Assembly: GCA_963842885.1 (NCBI GenBank)
Contig: CAWJIE010000003.1
Span: 64,001 to 128,000 of the forward strand
Length of the DNA: 64,000 nt
Origin: an uncultured Nitrososphaerota archaeon
GTDB lineage: Archaea > Thermoproteota > Nitrososphaeria > Conexivisphaerales > DTJL01
Direction: 5' to 3'
Under the pieces are notes generated by a model that worked only from the letters and a program-made list of their open reading frames with translations, did no database searches and was not told the DNA's origin. Below, piece after piece: positions 30,314-40,006 of the stretch (position 1 is the stretch's first letter; each line of letters opens with the position of its first letter). The translations under genes and the position numbers were made by a program.

Positions 30314-31873
30314 CTAGCTCCAGCCCGCCATCTTCATCACGACGGGGGTGATGTTCCCTTCTATGATCCCCGCGACAAAGAAAAGCAGCGCCAGGCCCAC
30401 GACGATATAGACGGACTTCCTGGCGACACGATGAAACTCCTCGGTCGTCGAAGGGTCATCACTCCTGACCGACCGCAGGAAGGCCACCCCCAGCTTCATG
30501 CCCACGGAGCCGGCCAGCACGAACGAAGGTATCTCGATGATTCCGTGAGGGAGGATGGCCGCTAGGAACATGGTCGTGTTGGGGACGAGCCCTGAGACGG
30601 CGCCGACGACCGCGCCGTTAAGGAAGAGCGTGACGAAGGGGGCCGCAGAGAACCAGACCCCCGACAGGACGGTGGCTAGGCTGACCTGCCAGTTGTGGAA
30701 GAATATGTAGATCCCCAGCGAGAAGGGGAGGCCTCCGCTGACGAGGGGGTTGATTTGGCCCGCCGAATAGCCCAGGCTGTCGATGAGCTGGGTGAGGCCG
30801 TTCTGCGCCACGTAGACGCCGGCGAACCATCCCAGTACCATGGAGAGGGATGAAAGACAATGGTAGGGGAGGTTCTGGAGGTCCAGGGCGTATGCCTTCA
30901 GTTCCCTCAGCCCCGCGAGGAAGCTCGACCAGAGAGATCTAAGGAGTGGTCTGACGTCCGAGAAGATCGAAGGAAGGAACTCGAGGGGAAGAGGCTCAGG
31001 CCTGCCCACCTCTCTGTAGACGCTGGTCTTGGTCAGGTGAAGCACAGGTGTCACGAGTATCAGGACGCCCACACTCGCGAGCGAAGACAGCGGCAGGTTG
31101 GCCCCCGGCACCAGCGTCGACGCGCCCGTCACGGCGGCAGTGAAGAAGAAATACACTACGCAGTACGTCAGGGAGATCCCATAGTTCCTCCTGCTGACGT
31201 GGATGCTTCTGGTGATGGCGGCCCACCCCGAAAGGTTGTCACCCATGACTGCGACCGGGGTATAGATTAACAGGGAAGAAAGGATGAGGGTGCCTGCAGT
31301 CGCCACCCCGAGGAGGACGAACGAGGCCAGGACGGTGGCCAGCCCGGTGCTCCCGAGAATCGTCAGAGAAGCAACCAGCGCTGCGAGCATCAGGGGCGCG
31401 AAAGTGACGAGATACGAGAGGAAGAGGGTCCAAGCCATCGGCCCCCACCTTTCCCTGAACTTGACCATGACTTCGGCGACTCCCACATGCGACCCGTTCA
31501 GCGCCTCCCAGTACGACCCGAATTCGGCCGAGTAGACGAAGCCGCTCGCCAGGACGTTCACAACCAATGCGACAAGGACCGCCGGGAGCAGGAACACTAG
31601 GGCGACGCCCAGGAACTGCTGAGACGACAACAGTGTCCCCAGCGACGAGTAGTCCCCCGCGCTGAAGGCCTGCGCTATCTGTCTCAAAATGGAGGTCCTC
31701 TCCAGGTCCACGATGAGCCCGAGGATCGCGACCCCGAGGATCGCCTCCGCCAAGACACTCAGCGAACTGGACAGCATCGTGGGCACTGACAGGGCCAGGT
31801 TGGCCCTCCAGGTCCAATACGACTTCGACATCATGGTGTCGATTGAAAAGGCCTTGCGTGGTTGTTGGACCAT
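30314..31873 (-). CDS. SpoIIM (DUF95) family integral membrane protein with an extra N-terminal membrane domain
   Basis: IFFHN, LFLNGAVVG, ILPHGIIEIP, VAGIIEG.ITP. Start uncertain. Confidence 0.88.
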   Translation of the reverse strand: MVQQPRKAFSIDTMMSKSYWTWRANLALSVPTMLSSSLSVLAEAILGVAILGLIVDLERTSILRQIAQAFSAGDYSSLGTLLSSQQFLGVALVFLLPAVLVALVVNVLASGFVYSAEFGSYWEALNGSHVGVAEVMVKFRERWGPMAWTLFLSYLVTFAPLMLAALVASLTILGSTGLATVLASFVLLGVATAGTLILSSLLIYTPVAVMGDNLSGWAAITRSIHVSRRNYGISLTYCVVYFFFTAAVTGASTLVPGANLPLSSLASVGVLILVTPVLHLTKTSVYREVGRPEPLPLEFLPSIFSDVRPLLRSLWSSFLAGLRELKAYALDLQNLPYHCLSSLSMVLGWFAGVYVAQNGLTQLIDSLGYSAGQINPLVSGGLPFSLGIYIFFHNWQVSLATVLSGVWFSAAPFVTLFLNGAVVGAVSGLVPNTTMFLAAILPHGIIEIPSFVLAGSVGMKLGVAFLRSVRSDDPSTTEEFHRVARKSVYIVVGLALLFFVAGIIEGNITPVVMKMAGWS

Positions 31874-31954
31874 CGAAGCAGGCCAGGCCTTCGTTTCTTA
31901 AAAGGCTTGGAGACGTTCGCGGGCGAGTCCCTTCGGGCTTCGAGGAGAAACCTT

Positions 31955-32248
31955 ATGTCCGAAGGGCACCTCCTCATATGTGGGTTGGCTGGAGAACGGG
32001 GGAGAGACTGGTGGTCGGTGGCGATAGGTCTCGTCATCGTCGTGATAGCCACAGCTGCCATGTGGAGCTGGCTGGATGGGTCTTTCCCCTCTGGGGGTTT
32101 CGGCAGTGGTATCGGTGCCGGCTGGCTGGTCGCCATCTCCGCAGCGGTCATTTTCTTGCTGGTGCTGATAACCAGGATGTCGTGCTCGAGACGTCGGCCT
32201 CGCGAAATCTCCCAGCCTGTCCCTAGCAGTTACACTCCCTCTGTCTGA
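31955..32248 (+). CDS. Small two-TM hypothetical protein
   Basis: Two hydrophobic helices; start uncertain. Confidence 0.45.
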   Translation: MSEGHLLICGLAGERGRDWWSVAIGLVIVVIATAAMWSWLDGSFPSGGFGSGIGAGWLVAISAAVIFLLVLITRMSCSRRRPREISQPVPSSYTPSV

Positions 32249-32293
32249 GACATGTCAAAGCCGCGTCGGGTCAGATTGGAGGGCAGAGGGCAT

Positions 32294-32718
32294 CTACGAG
32301 CCGCCCTCTTCGCCTAGGACCTCCACGACGACCTTCCTCCCCGACCTGGGCCCGTCCAGCTCGACGAAGAAGACGCTCTGGAACTCGCCGAGAGAGAGCG
32401 ACCCCCCTCTGACCGGGAGCACTACCGATGGTCCCAGGTACGTCCCAGCCAGATGCGAGTGGGCGTTGTCGTCCATCAGGTTGTGAAGCCAGGTCCCCCT
32501 CCGAGGGAAGTCCTCAGCGATTTTGTTGGCGATGTCGCGCACCAGCCCCTCCTCGTTTTCGTTGACCACGATGGAGGCCGTGGTGTGAGTCGAGTAGACG
32601 AGACACAGCCCCCCTTTCACCCCGCTGTCTCTCACCGCGGCCACCACGGCAGCCGTGACGTCGATGAGCTCTCTGTCCCGTGGCTGTCCAGCGACACCTC
32701 CCTGAAGAACGTCTTCAA
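32294..32718 (-). CDS. yjbQ: YjbQ/UPF0047 family protein (one homopolymer frameshift near 32680)
   Basis: ELIDVT, HTTASIVVNENE, HN..DDNAHSHL, LGEFQSVFFVELDGPR. Confidence 0.88.
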
Positions 32719-32722
32719 GCTC

Positions 32723-32893
32723 TCACCTGAAGCCCGCGGCGACGAATTCCTTCAGGATCTTCTCGGCGTTCCCGGGAAGGCCAGTGTCCACCAGTGTGAA
32801 ACCCTCGCCACTGCCCACCAGGTACGAGTTGGCACCCCTAACTCCCTCTATCACATGAATGCCGTTCGCGATCTCCATGGCTTCCTCGACCAT
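32723..32893 (-). pseudogene. Truncated MBL-fold hydrolase N-terminus (56 aa)
   Basis: MEIANGIHVIEG..ANSYLV..FTLVDTGLPG..EKIL; stops before THxHxDH. Confidence 0.65.
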
Positions 32894-33008
32894 CGCTTTG
32901 TGGTCCGTAGTCTAATGAGGTTTGCTGGAGACATGTCAACGGGGATTACCCTTCCTTCGTCCATAGCACAACGCTGGCTCAGGGAGGTGGTCTTCCCTCG
33001 GCTTCTAC

Positions 33009-33284
33009 CTACATCGCCAAGATGATTTCTATGCTTGAGACGTTGCTCATCGTGTTGGTCTCGGCGTTCTTCAGCTGTTCGGTGTCGATCTTGATCTCCT
33101 TGATCTTGGCTTCGGTGGCGAACCGCTTCCTCGTAATTTCAGCCACGTCGACAGCCGTGCTGATGGACCTTCCTCTGGCCTTGATGTGTACCTCGTTGAC
33201 TCCGTTCTGGAACAGGGTGAGGCACGCGAGCACATAGTTCATCGCAGGCTTCTTTCCGATTAGTACGGTGTTTGGTGCAGACAT
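33009..33284 (-). CDS. albA: Archaeal chromatin/RNA-binding protein Alba
   Basis: [39 protein letters not shown]; TTTAAA about 30 nt upstream. Confidence 0.97.
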   Translation of the reverse strand: MSAPNTVLIGKKPAMNYVLACLTLFQNGVNEVHIKARGRSISTAVDVAEITRKRFATEAKIKEIKIDTEQLKNAETNTMSNVSSIEIILAM

Positions 33285-33431
33285 TTTGAGTCCTACTGGC
33301 ATTACTTTGCATGTTTTAAATGTGTTTCGATGGCATCCAGCCTGGCGACGCCCGCCAGGGAACGGGGACACGTCGAAATGAGAGACGGAAGTGCAAGCTG
33401 CTCGCACCGGATTCCCTCCATGCCGCTGAGC

Positions 33432-34205
33432 TCACAGCTTGCCCACCTCTCTCACCTTGTAGAAGACCTCCCTGTACGAGACGGCGCCCACGGCCAGCAA
33501 CAGCAGCGACGTGAGGACCAGGGAGCCCAGCGCCACCGCCGCTATGGGCTGGCCTCCGAACACCCACGACCTCAGCGCGTCCACTCCCTGGCTCAGGGGA
33601 TTGTATTCGATGGCGGTGGCCAGGGATGCCGGGAAGACCCCCCGTATCACGGAGAGCGGGTATGAGATGGTGCTCATCCCCAGCAGAGCCACCTGGAGCC
33701 CTTCGGCGAAGACCCAGTACCGCTCTCCCCTCTTCGAGAAGAGGTTCAACACGGCGGCGATCCCGGAGAGGCCCATCGACAGCACAAGCATGATGGGGAT
33801 CATCGCCAGCGCCGCCGTCCAGGACGGATGCGGCAGCAGGGCCAGCGCCACGGCGAGGAGTATCCCCGAGTAGATGGTCCCTCCCAGCCCTCCCGAAATG
33901 ATGTGCGCCCAGACGAGGCCGTCGGTGCTCACCGGGAGGCTGAGGTAGTACTGCGTGACGCCTTCGGTGAGCCCAAGGTAGACCCTCCTGCCCACGTCCA
34001 GCGCCGCGGCGAACATGCCCGCTATCACGACGCCCGGCACGAAGAAGGTGAAGTAGTCGATGCTCATCATGCCGTTGTACACCAGCCCGAGGACAAGCAT
34101 GTCGGAGAGGTTCAGCGCGATGAGGGTGGCGATGAGCCACTTGGTCCTGAAGAAGTATGAGACGTCGACGACGATTATCCTGAAGATCCTCTGGCGCTGC
34201 CTCAT
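33432..34205 (-). CDS. ABC-2 type permease
   Basis: True start MRQRQRIF (ATGA overlap); YFTFFVPG, YYLSLP, NPLSQGVDALR. Confidence 0.88.
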   Translation of the reverse strand: MRQRQRIFRIIVVDVSYFFRTKWLIATLIALNLSDMLVLGLVYNGMMSIDYFTFFVPGVVIAGMFAAALDVGRRVYLGLTEGVTQYYLSLPVSTDGLVWAHIISGGLGGTIYSGILLAVALALLPHPSWTAALAMIPIMLVLSMGLSGIAAVLNLFSKRGERYWVFAEGLQVALLGMSTISYPLSVIRGVFPASLATAIEYNPLSQGVDALRSWVFGGQPIAAVALGSLVLTSLLLLAVGAVSYREVFYKVREVGKL

Positions 34206-34972
34206 GACGACTTCACCCCCTCCACCGCGTGAGATATCGTGAACATGCCCGCGAACAGGGCGCCCACGGCCAGCGTCATGACCACCACCGTCGCCAGGTA
34301 CGGGTCGACCAGCAGGGAGGGGGGGAATCCCAGAGCGTCCCTCAGCAGGTCCGTCCCGTACGTCAGGGGGTTGCCCTTCGAGACGGTCGCTATCCCCTGC
34401 GGCATGAACGCCAGCGGGTAGTACATCGTGCTGAAACGGATCAGCAGGGCGCTCAATCCGGCGACGACGGCGCTGTATATGTCGAAGGACCTGAACGCCA
34501 CGAAGGACAATGCCACCATGAGCCCGATGACGGCTATGCCCAGGAGCGTCAGGATGGCGAGTGTGGAGAGGAGGACCCCCGGAGACATGGTCCCGCTCAG
34601 CCACATGATCACCGCCAGGGGGGGCACCAGCCTCACCGTGTTGACGACCGCCCCCAGCATGATCTGCTCGAAGAACAGGTGGTTCCGGTCTATGGGAAGC
34701 GAAAGGAGGTACTTCAGCCTGCCTTCGTGGGCGCTCTCGACGAAGCTCCTCCCCGCCCACGAGGCCGTGTTGAAGAGTATGAGGACGAGGAGCCCGGTCC
34801 CGTAGTAGAAGATGTAGTTGTCGGGCTTGACCACCAGGGCGGAGATGAGCCTGCCGTACACGAAGTACTCGAACGCGAAGAATACCCAGTAGTAGGCCAC
34901 CCACGGGACGGAGTCGAAGGCCTCCCGGAGGTCAAAGGACAGAAGAGAGAAGGTCCTAGGCGTCGGCGCCAT
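34202..34972 (-). CDS. ABC-2 type permease
   Basis: EGRLKYLLSLP, STMYYP, NPLTYGTDLLR. Confidence 0.88.
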   Translation of the reverse strand: MAPTPRTFSLLSFDLREAFDSVPWVAYYWVFFAFEYFVYGRLISALVVKPDNYIFYYGTGLLVLILFNTASWAGRSFVESAHEGRLKYLLSLPIDRNHLFFEQIMLGAVVNTVRLVPPLAVIMWLSGTMSPGVLLSTLAILTLLGIAVIGLMVALSFVAFRSFDIYSAVVAGLSALLIRFSTMYYPLAFMPQGIATVSKGNPLTYGTDLLRDALGFPPSLLVDPYLATVVVMTLAVGALFAGMFTISHAVEGVKSS

Positions 34973-35933
34973 TTTGAAGCGTCCCTCCGGTGTAATGCAG
35001 GAAGATGTCGTCCAAGGACGGCTCCGTAACCCTGACCGACGTGACCTTCAGCGACTGGGACGACGCGCTGGCCATCATGAGGGGTAGCCAGTCCTCCGAC
35101 CTGGTGACGTAGGCCCTGAGCCTGTTCTCGGACTCCTGAAGGACCCTGGCGGTCCCCTCCACCTTCTTGAGGGCCTCGACGACGTGGCCTCCCACGGACA
35201 CGGAGAACTCGATGTCCACGATGTCAGCGCCCCTGACGCTGTCCTTCAGGGTCCGCAACGTGTCCGTGACCACCTCCTTCCCCTCGCTCATGATGGTTAT
35301 CCTGTCCGCGAGGTACTCCGCCTCCCTGACCTCGTTGGTGGCCACCACCACGGTCGAGCCCTCTTCTCTTAGCTCCCTGATCTTATCCCAGATCATCCTC
35401 TTCCCAGCGAGGTCCACCATGCTGGTGGGCTCGTCGAAGATGGCCACCTGAGGCCTCTGGATGAACTGCTTGGCCACTTCGAGCCTCTTGGCCTGTCCCC
35501 CGGAGAGCTCCATGAACCTCTTGTCACGCGAGTCCCAGAGGTCGAACTCATGGAGGGCCCTCTCCACCGCCTCCTTCCTCCTCGCCCCCTCGAACCCGTA
35601 AATCGAGGCATGGAAGGAGAGGATGCCCCTGGGCTTGTGCCTCCAGAAGCCCCTGGGCTCCTGGAAGGAGATGCCCACCACCTCCCTGACCTGCAGTGGC
35701 TCCCTGACGATGTCGTAGCCCATGACCTTGGCCGTCCCTCCGCTGGGCTTGAGGACGGTCGAAAGGAGATGGAGGAGGGTCGTCTTCCCCGAGCCGTTGG
35801 GCCCCAAGATGACGAGTATCTCCCCCTTCCTTACGTTGAGGTTAAGGCCGAAGAGGGCCGTGAATTTCCCATAGCTCTTCGCCAAGTCCAACGTCTCCAC
35901 GGCGAACTCCAACCCTAGCTTCGACCCCTTCAT
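34956..35933 (-). CDS. ABC exporter ATP-binding protein
   Basis: GPNGSGKTT, LSGGQAKRLE, FDEPT; the H-loop His is replaced by Asn (ATNEVREAE). Confidence 0.93.
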   Translation of the reverse strand: MKGSKLGLEFAVETLDLAKSYGKFTALFGLNLNVRKGEILVILGPNGSGKTTLLHLLSTVLKPSGGTAKVMGYDIVREPLQVREVVGISFQEPRGFWRHKPRGILSFHASIYGFEGARRKEAVERALHEFDLWDSRDKRFMELSGGQAKRLEVAKQFIQRPQVAIFDEPTSMVDLAGKRMIWDKIRELREEGSTVVVATNEVREAEYLADRITIMSEGKEVVTDTLRTLKDSVRGADIVDIEFSVSVGGHVVEALKKVEGTARVLQESENRLRAYVTRSEDWLPLMMASASSQSLKVTSVRVTEPSLDDIFLHYTGGTLQNGADA

Positions 35934-36449
35934 CTCGCCGTCCCGGAGAAACGACTCTTTAAGACTTTTGACCGCGCAGCTCGAAGGGGCTGGGGTCGGC
36001 AGGTCCTAAACGGTGGCATCCCCCTCGAGGGACACCATATCATCTTGAACCTGGAGCTCCGTGCCCGGGTCCTCTGGCCTTTGGGTCTTGGCGTCCCTGG
36101 GGTCCTCCATTGGGGTCGCGACTCCAATTCGGAACAGGCTCCATCTCCGCTGACGGCCTGACCTTTGTCGCAAGAGCCCTCGTCTCCGCCGTCTTCCTCT
36201 TTCTGATCCCTCGGACTCTCGACTCGGCGTCCGCCGCCAGGGGACTCAATTCATCTTCAGCCCGTCCTCGCACCGAAGGACCACAAGTTGGTCCAATCTA
36301 CTCCGGCGTTCTCGCTGGATGTTGAGCGTGAGCTACGCCAAAGGCGGAAGCTCTGGTTGACCTTGAGAATCTGCCGGACATTCAAGGCCATCTGCCAATG
36401 GAGGCCTGGCGGCCCCCATTTTGAAGGGATTGAAGTCTGAAGTTACCCG

Positions 36450-36830
36450 TCACTGGAAGACTTCGACCCAGATGCCATTGGGGTCTTCGATGTAGGCCCA
36501 TCTGGAAGTCTTGGTCTTGATCTCCCTAATCACCCGGTATCCCATCTTCTTCGCCCTCCCAAGGGTCTCATCAAGGCTCTCAACTTGGAAGCAGAGGTGA
36601 TCCAAACCCTCCCCAACGGTGTAACGCTTGTCGTAAAGGCTCTTCTCCTCATAATAGTTTAGCTCCAGAGGGAATCCACCCTTCTCGCTGACAAGAGAAG
36701 CGACCTCGCCATGCGTAACATCGATCTTTGACCTGCCGACCAACTCCATCTTGAACAGCCGGGAGTAGAAGCCGATGGACTCGTCCAAGTCCTTGACCCT
36801 TATCCCAACATACGTGAACTTCGGTTTCAC
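36450..36830 (-). CDS. VOC/glyoxalase family protein
   Basis: YVGIRVKDLDESIGFY, LELNYY, GEGLDHLCFQV, IEDPNGIWVE. Start approximate. Confidence 0.9.
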   Translation of the reverse strand: MKPKFTYVGIRVKDLDESIGFYSRLFKMELVGRSKIDVTHGEVASLVSEKGGFPLELNYYEEKSLYDKRYTVGEGLDHLCFQVESLDETLGRAKKMGYRVIREIKTKTSRWAYIEDPNGIWVEVFQ

Positions 36831-37103
36831 GAGTTCCTGGCACTCCCCCGTCGTCATAAGCTTGTCGTCACTCGTTGGTCCTCGAGCGGGACCGCCCGTT
36901 TCCCCGGCATACGCGCTACGGTCGTATCCATTTGCGGGGCCCCTATGTTTAAACTTCATAGCCGCAAAGCTCTTATTATAAAAAGCAACTTTATCGGTCG
37001 ATGTCGTTCGAACCCCTTTCACGAGAAGGGGTGATCACATCAAGAGAATAAAAGAGATATGACAATCGAAGAAGACGATAACATCATAGGAAGAAATTCC
37101 AAG

Positions 37104-37793
37104 ATGAAGAGACGTGACTTCCTTAAAGGTGTCGGAATAGGCGCTGTAGTCGCCGGAGTCGGTGTCGCAGGCGCGGCTGAGATAACGCTGCTCAACAAGA
37201 GCAGCCCTGGTGGCAGCTCTAGCAGTAGCTCCAGTAGCAGCTCTAGCAGTAGCTCCAGTAGCAGCTCTAGCAGCTCGTCCTCAGGCACTACCTCCACGAC
37301 GGCCGCCGGGCTTCCTACGCCGGTGCTCACCAAGGTCGTCACCCTCAGCGTGAACGGCGGGTCTCAGACCCTCCAAGTCCAGAGCAACTGGACCCTCCTC
37401 AGGGTCATCCGGGACCAGCTTCACCTGTTCGGGGCGAAGGAGGGTTGCGACCGAGGCGAGTGCGGTGCCTGCACCGTCATCATAGATGGGAATGCCGTCA
37501 ATTCATGCCAGATACTAGCTATCGAAGCTGAAGGGCATACCGTAACCACCATCGAAGGGATAGGCACCCCACAGAACCTCCATCCGCTACAGGCGGCTTG
37601 GATAGCGAACCAGGGCACCGAATGCGGCGCCTGCGCGCCGGGAATGATCATGCAGGCGAAGGCGCTTCTGGACGCCAACCCCAAGCCTACGGTAGACCAG
37701 ATTCGCCAGGCCCTCGCCGGGAACATCTGCGGATGCGGTCAGTACGCCGCCATCACGCGTTCCGTGATGGACGCTGCAGGGGTGAGCTCCTAG
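37104..37793 (+). CDS. Xanthine-oxidase-family 2x[2Fe-2S] small subunit with Tat signal and Ser/Thr linker (PaoA/CoxS-like)
   Basis: MKRRDFLKG plus hydrophobic stretch; KEGCDRGECGACT..NSC; ECGACAPG..NICGCG. Alternative ATG at 37059. Confidence 0.93.
   Translation: MKRRDFLKGVGIGAVVAGVGVAGAAEITLLNKSSPGGSSSSSSSSSSSSSSSSSSSSSSSGTTSTTAAGLPTPVLTKVVTLSVNGGSQTLQVQSNWTLLRVIRDQLHLFGAKEGCDRGECGACTVIIDGNAVNSCQILAIEAEGHTVTTIEGIGTPQNLHPLQAAWIANQGTECGACAPGMIMQAKALLDANPKPTVDQIRQALAGNICGCGQYAAITRSVMDAAGVSS
37215..37283 (+). repeat. Coding tandem repeat producing poly-Ser
   Basis: The 24-nt unit AGCTCTAGCAGTAGCTCCAGTAGC occurs twice plus a partial third copy; 23 consecutive Ser codons. Confidence 0.9.
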
Positions 37794-37794
37794 A

Positions 37795-40005
37795 ATGAGT
37801 TCATTCAATGTAGTGGGCACGGACCAGCACGACAACTTCGCCATGGAGAAGGTCTTGGGCAAGTGGCTCTATCCCAACGACCACGTCATCGACAATCTCC
37901 TATACATGAAGATCCTTTCCAGCCCATACGCCCATGCGAAGATAACCGCCATAGACGCCAGCGCCGCGTTGGCCCTTCCGGGCGTCAAGGCCGTCACGAC
38001 GTACGTGGACTGCCCCTTCTTCTCCCAGGAAGTGTTGTTCGTGGGACAGGAAGTGGCCGCCGTCGCCGCGACCGACCCTGACATCGCTGAAGAGGCCCTG
38101 GACCTTATCAACGTCACCTACTCGAAGCTCCCCTTCGTCCTGAACCCCCAAGACGCGATGGCGTCAGGAGCACCCAACGTGGGCTTCCTCTCCAGTGGCA
38201 ACGTAATCGGCGGCGCCCCCACCATCAGCAAGAAGGGCGACGTCGACTCAGGCTTCGCCTCCTCCGACGTGACCGTCGAAGACAGCTTCGGCCCCACTGC
38301 CACCTACCAGCACAGCCCGATCATACCGAGGTCGGCGCTCGCCATTTACTCGTACGACGCCGTTCCCAGTCTGACCGTCTACACCGTTGGGCAGTGGCCC
38401 TTCATGGGCCGCACGGTCGTGGCGGGCTTCATGGGGATGCCTCTCAATAGCGTGAGGATAATCAACCACGGCACCGGCGGCGGCTTCGGGGACTTGACGG
38501 GCTACGAATACGCTATACTGCCCTCGTACCTCTCCAAGAAGACGGGCCAGCCTGTCCTCAACTACCTCTCCAGGAAGGACAACTACCTCCACGCGACCCG
38601 CCAGTACCGCAGCTACATTGACGTCAAGGTGGGCGCGAAGAACGACGGCACGTTCCAGGCTATCCAGGCTACACTCGTCGGCGACATGGGAGGGAGCGCA
38701 GGATTCGGCGAGGGGGACGTCGTCTCTCCACTCCAGATCACGTACCGCTGGCCCAACTACCTGTTCACGGCATACGCCGTCACGACGAACCTGCCTCGCA
38801 CAGGCGCCTGGAGATGTGTAGGCGAGCCCGCCGGAACCTTCGCGATGGAGCAGGTCATCGACGAGCTGGCGTACAAGCTGAACATGGACCCCGTCCAGCT
38901 CAGATTGCAGAACGTCCTGACCTCCACCGAGACGGACGGCGCGACCGGGCTTCCGTTCAGCAGCGTCGCCGTGAAGGACGCCACGACGTCGGCGGCCAAC
39001 ACGATGCAGTGGACCACCAGGTGGCACCAACCCGGGATCAAGCAGCTATCAGACGGGACTTGGCACGGAATAGGCGTAGCTAACTTCATCTGCAACAAGG
39101 GCGCGGTGGCCGTCTTCGGCCAGGTGACCCCGTTCATCCTGAGCGCAGCGGACGGAACCTTCCTCCTTAACTTAGGCCAGTCCAACATCAACACTACAGC
39201 GCAGGAGATGCTAATGATCGCGGCCGAGACACTGGGCGTCACGATGGATAAAGTGGCCATCGGCGAGTTCGGAGATACCTCTGCCACTCAAGACTGCTTC
39301 CTGCAGGCTGGCAGCTCGAGGACCGGGCACACGGGCAACGCCGTCATCGCCGCCGCCACAGACATCAAGAACAGGGTCTTTGCGCTGGCTGCGGCGACAC
39401 TCAACACTACTGTGGACAACCTTACAGCGAAGAACAACGTGATCTCGGAAATCTCGGACTCCACCAAGAACACCACCTACGCAGCCGTCCTCGGCCAAGC
39501 GACGGGCATGGTCGGATGGGGCAACAATGCGCTCAACTACGGCATGACTACGCGCACAGCCTCTACGACCGTGGTCGAGGTGGCCGTCGACAAGGACACG
39601 GGCGACGTGGCCTTGCTGGACGGTTGCATCTGCGATGACAGCGGAACCGTCATCTTCCCCAGGGGCGCGCTCGGACAGGTGGAAGCCGGCTGGGTTCACG
39701 GAGGGGGCTTCGCAAGGACCTGGCATCAGGAGTACGACGCCAACAACGGCACCGTGATGAACCCCAACTTCAGGGACCACGGGTTCCCGACCATTCTGGA
39801 CTTTCCCACCCCCGACAAATTCACGGCGAGTTGGGTGCAGCCATACGACAAGTTGGGACCTTACGGAGCGAAGGGCATGGGCGAGCCTCCGGTCGGCGCG
39901 GTTTCGGCAGCCATCGCCAACGCTGTTTACAACGCCATCGGCGTCAGGTACAAGGACGAGACGACAATGCCTGCCAAGGTCTTGAAGGCCCTAGGGGTGG
40001 CCTAG
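37795..40005 (+). CDS. Xanthine-oxidase-family molybdopterin-binding large subunit
   Basis: SPYAHAKI, ALPGVKAV, GGGFG, active-site loop GAWRCVGEP, GQVEAG, catalytic AKGMGEPP, AIANAVYNAIG. Confidence 0.95.
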   Translation: MSSFNVVGTDQHDNFAMEKVLGKWLYPNDHVIDNLLYMKILSSPYAHAKITAIDASAALALPGVKAVTTYVDCPFFSQEVLFVGQEVAAVAATDPDIAEEALDLINVTYSKLPFVLNPQDAMASGAPNVGFLSSGNVIGGAPTISKKGDVDSGFASSDVTVEDSFGPTATYQHSPIIPRSALAIYSYDAVPSLTVYTVGQWPFMGRTVVAGFMGMPLNSVRIINHGTGGGFGDLTGYEYAILPSYLSKKTGQPVLNYLSRKDNYLHATRQYRSYIDVKVGAKNDGTFQAIQATLVGDMGGSAGFGEGDVVSPLQITYRWPNYLFTAYAVTTNLPRTGAWRCVGEPAGTFAMEQVIDELAYKLNMDPVQLRLQNVLTSTETDGATGLPFSSVAVKDATTSAANTMQWTTRWHQPGIKQLSDGTWHGIGVANFICNKGAVAVFGQVTPFILSAADGTFLLNLGQSNINTTAQEMLMIAAETLGVTMDKVAIGEFGDTSATQDCFLQAGSSRTGHTGNAVIAAATDIKNRVFALAAATLNTTVDNLTAKNNVISEISDSTKNTTYAAVLGQATGMVGWGNNALNYGMTTRTASTTVVEVAVDKDTGDVALLDGCICDDSGTVIFPRGALGQVEAGWVHGGGFARTWHQEYDANNGTVMNPNFRDHGFPTILDFPTPDKFTASWVQPYDKLGPYGAKGMGEPPVGAVSAAIANAVYNAIGVRYKDETTMPAKVLKALGVA

Positions 40006-40006
40006 A

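Noticed and set aside
37795-40005. Calling the enzyme aerobic CO dehydrogenase (coxL)
   Set aside because: The loop is AWRCVGE, not AYxCSFR or AYRGAGR. The gene order, Tat signal and 4Fe-4S FAD subunit do not fit, and there are no coxDEFG genes.
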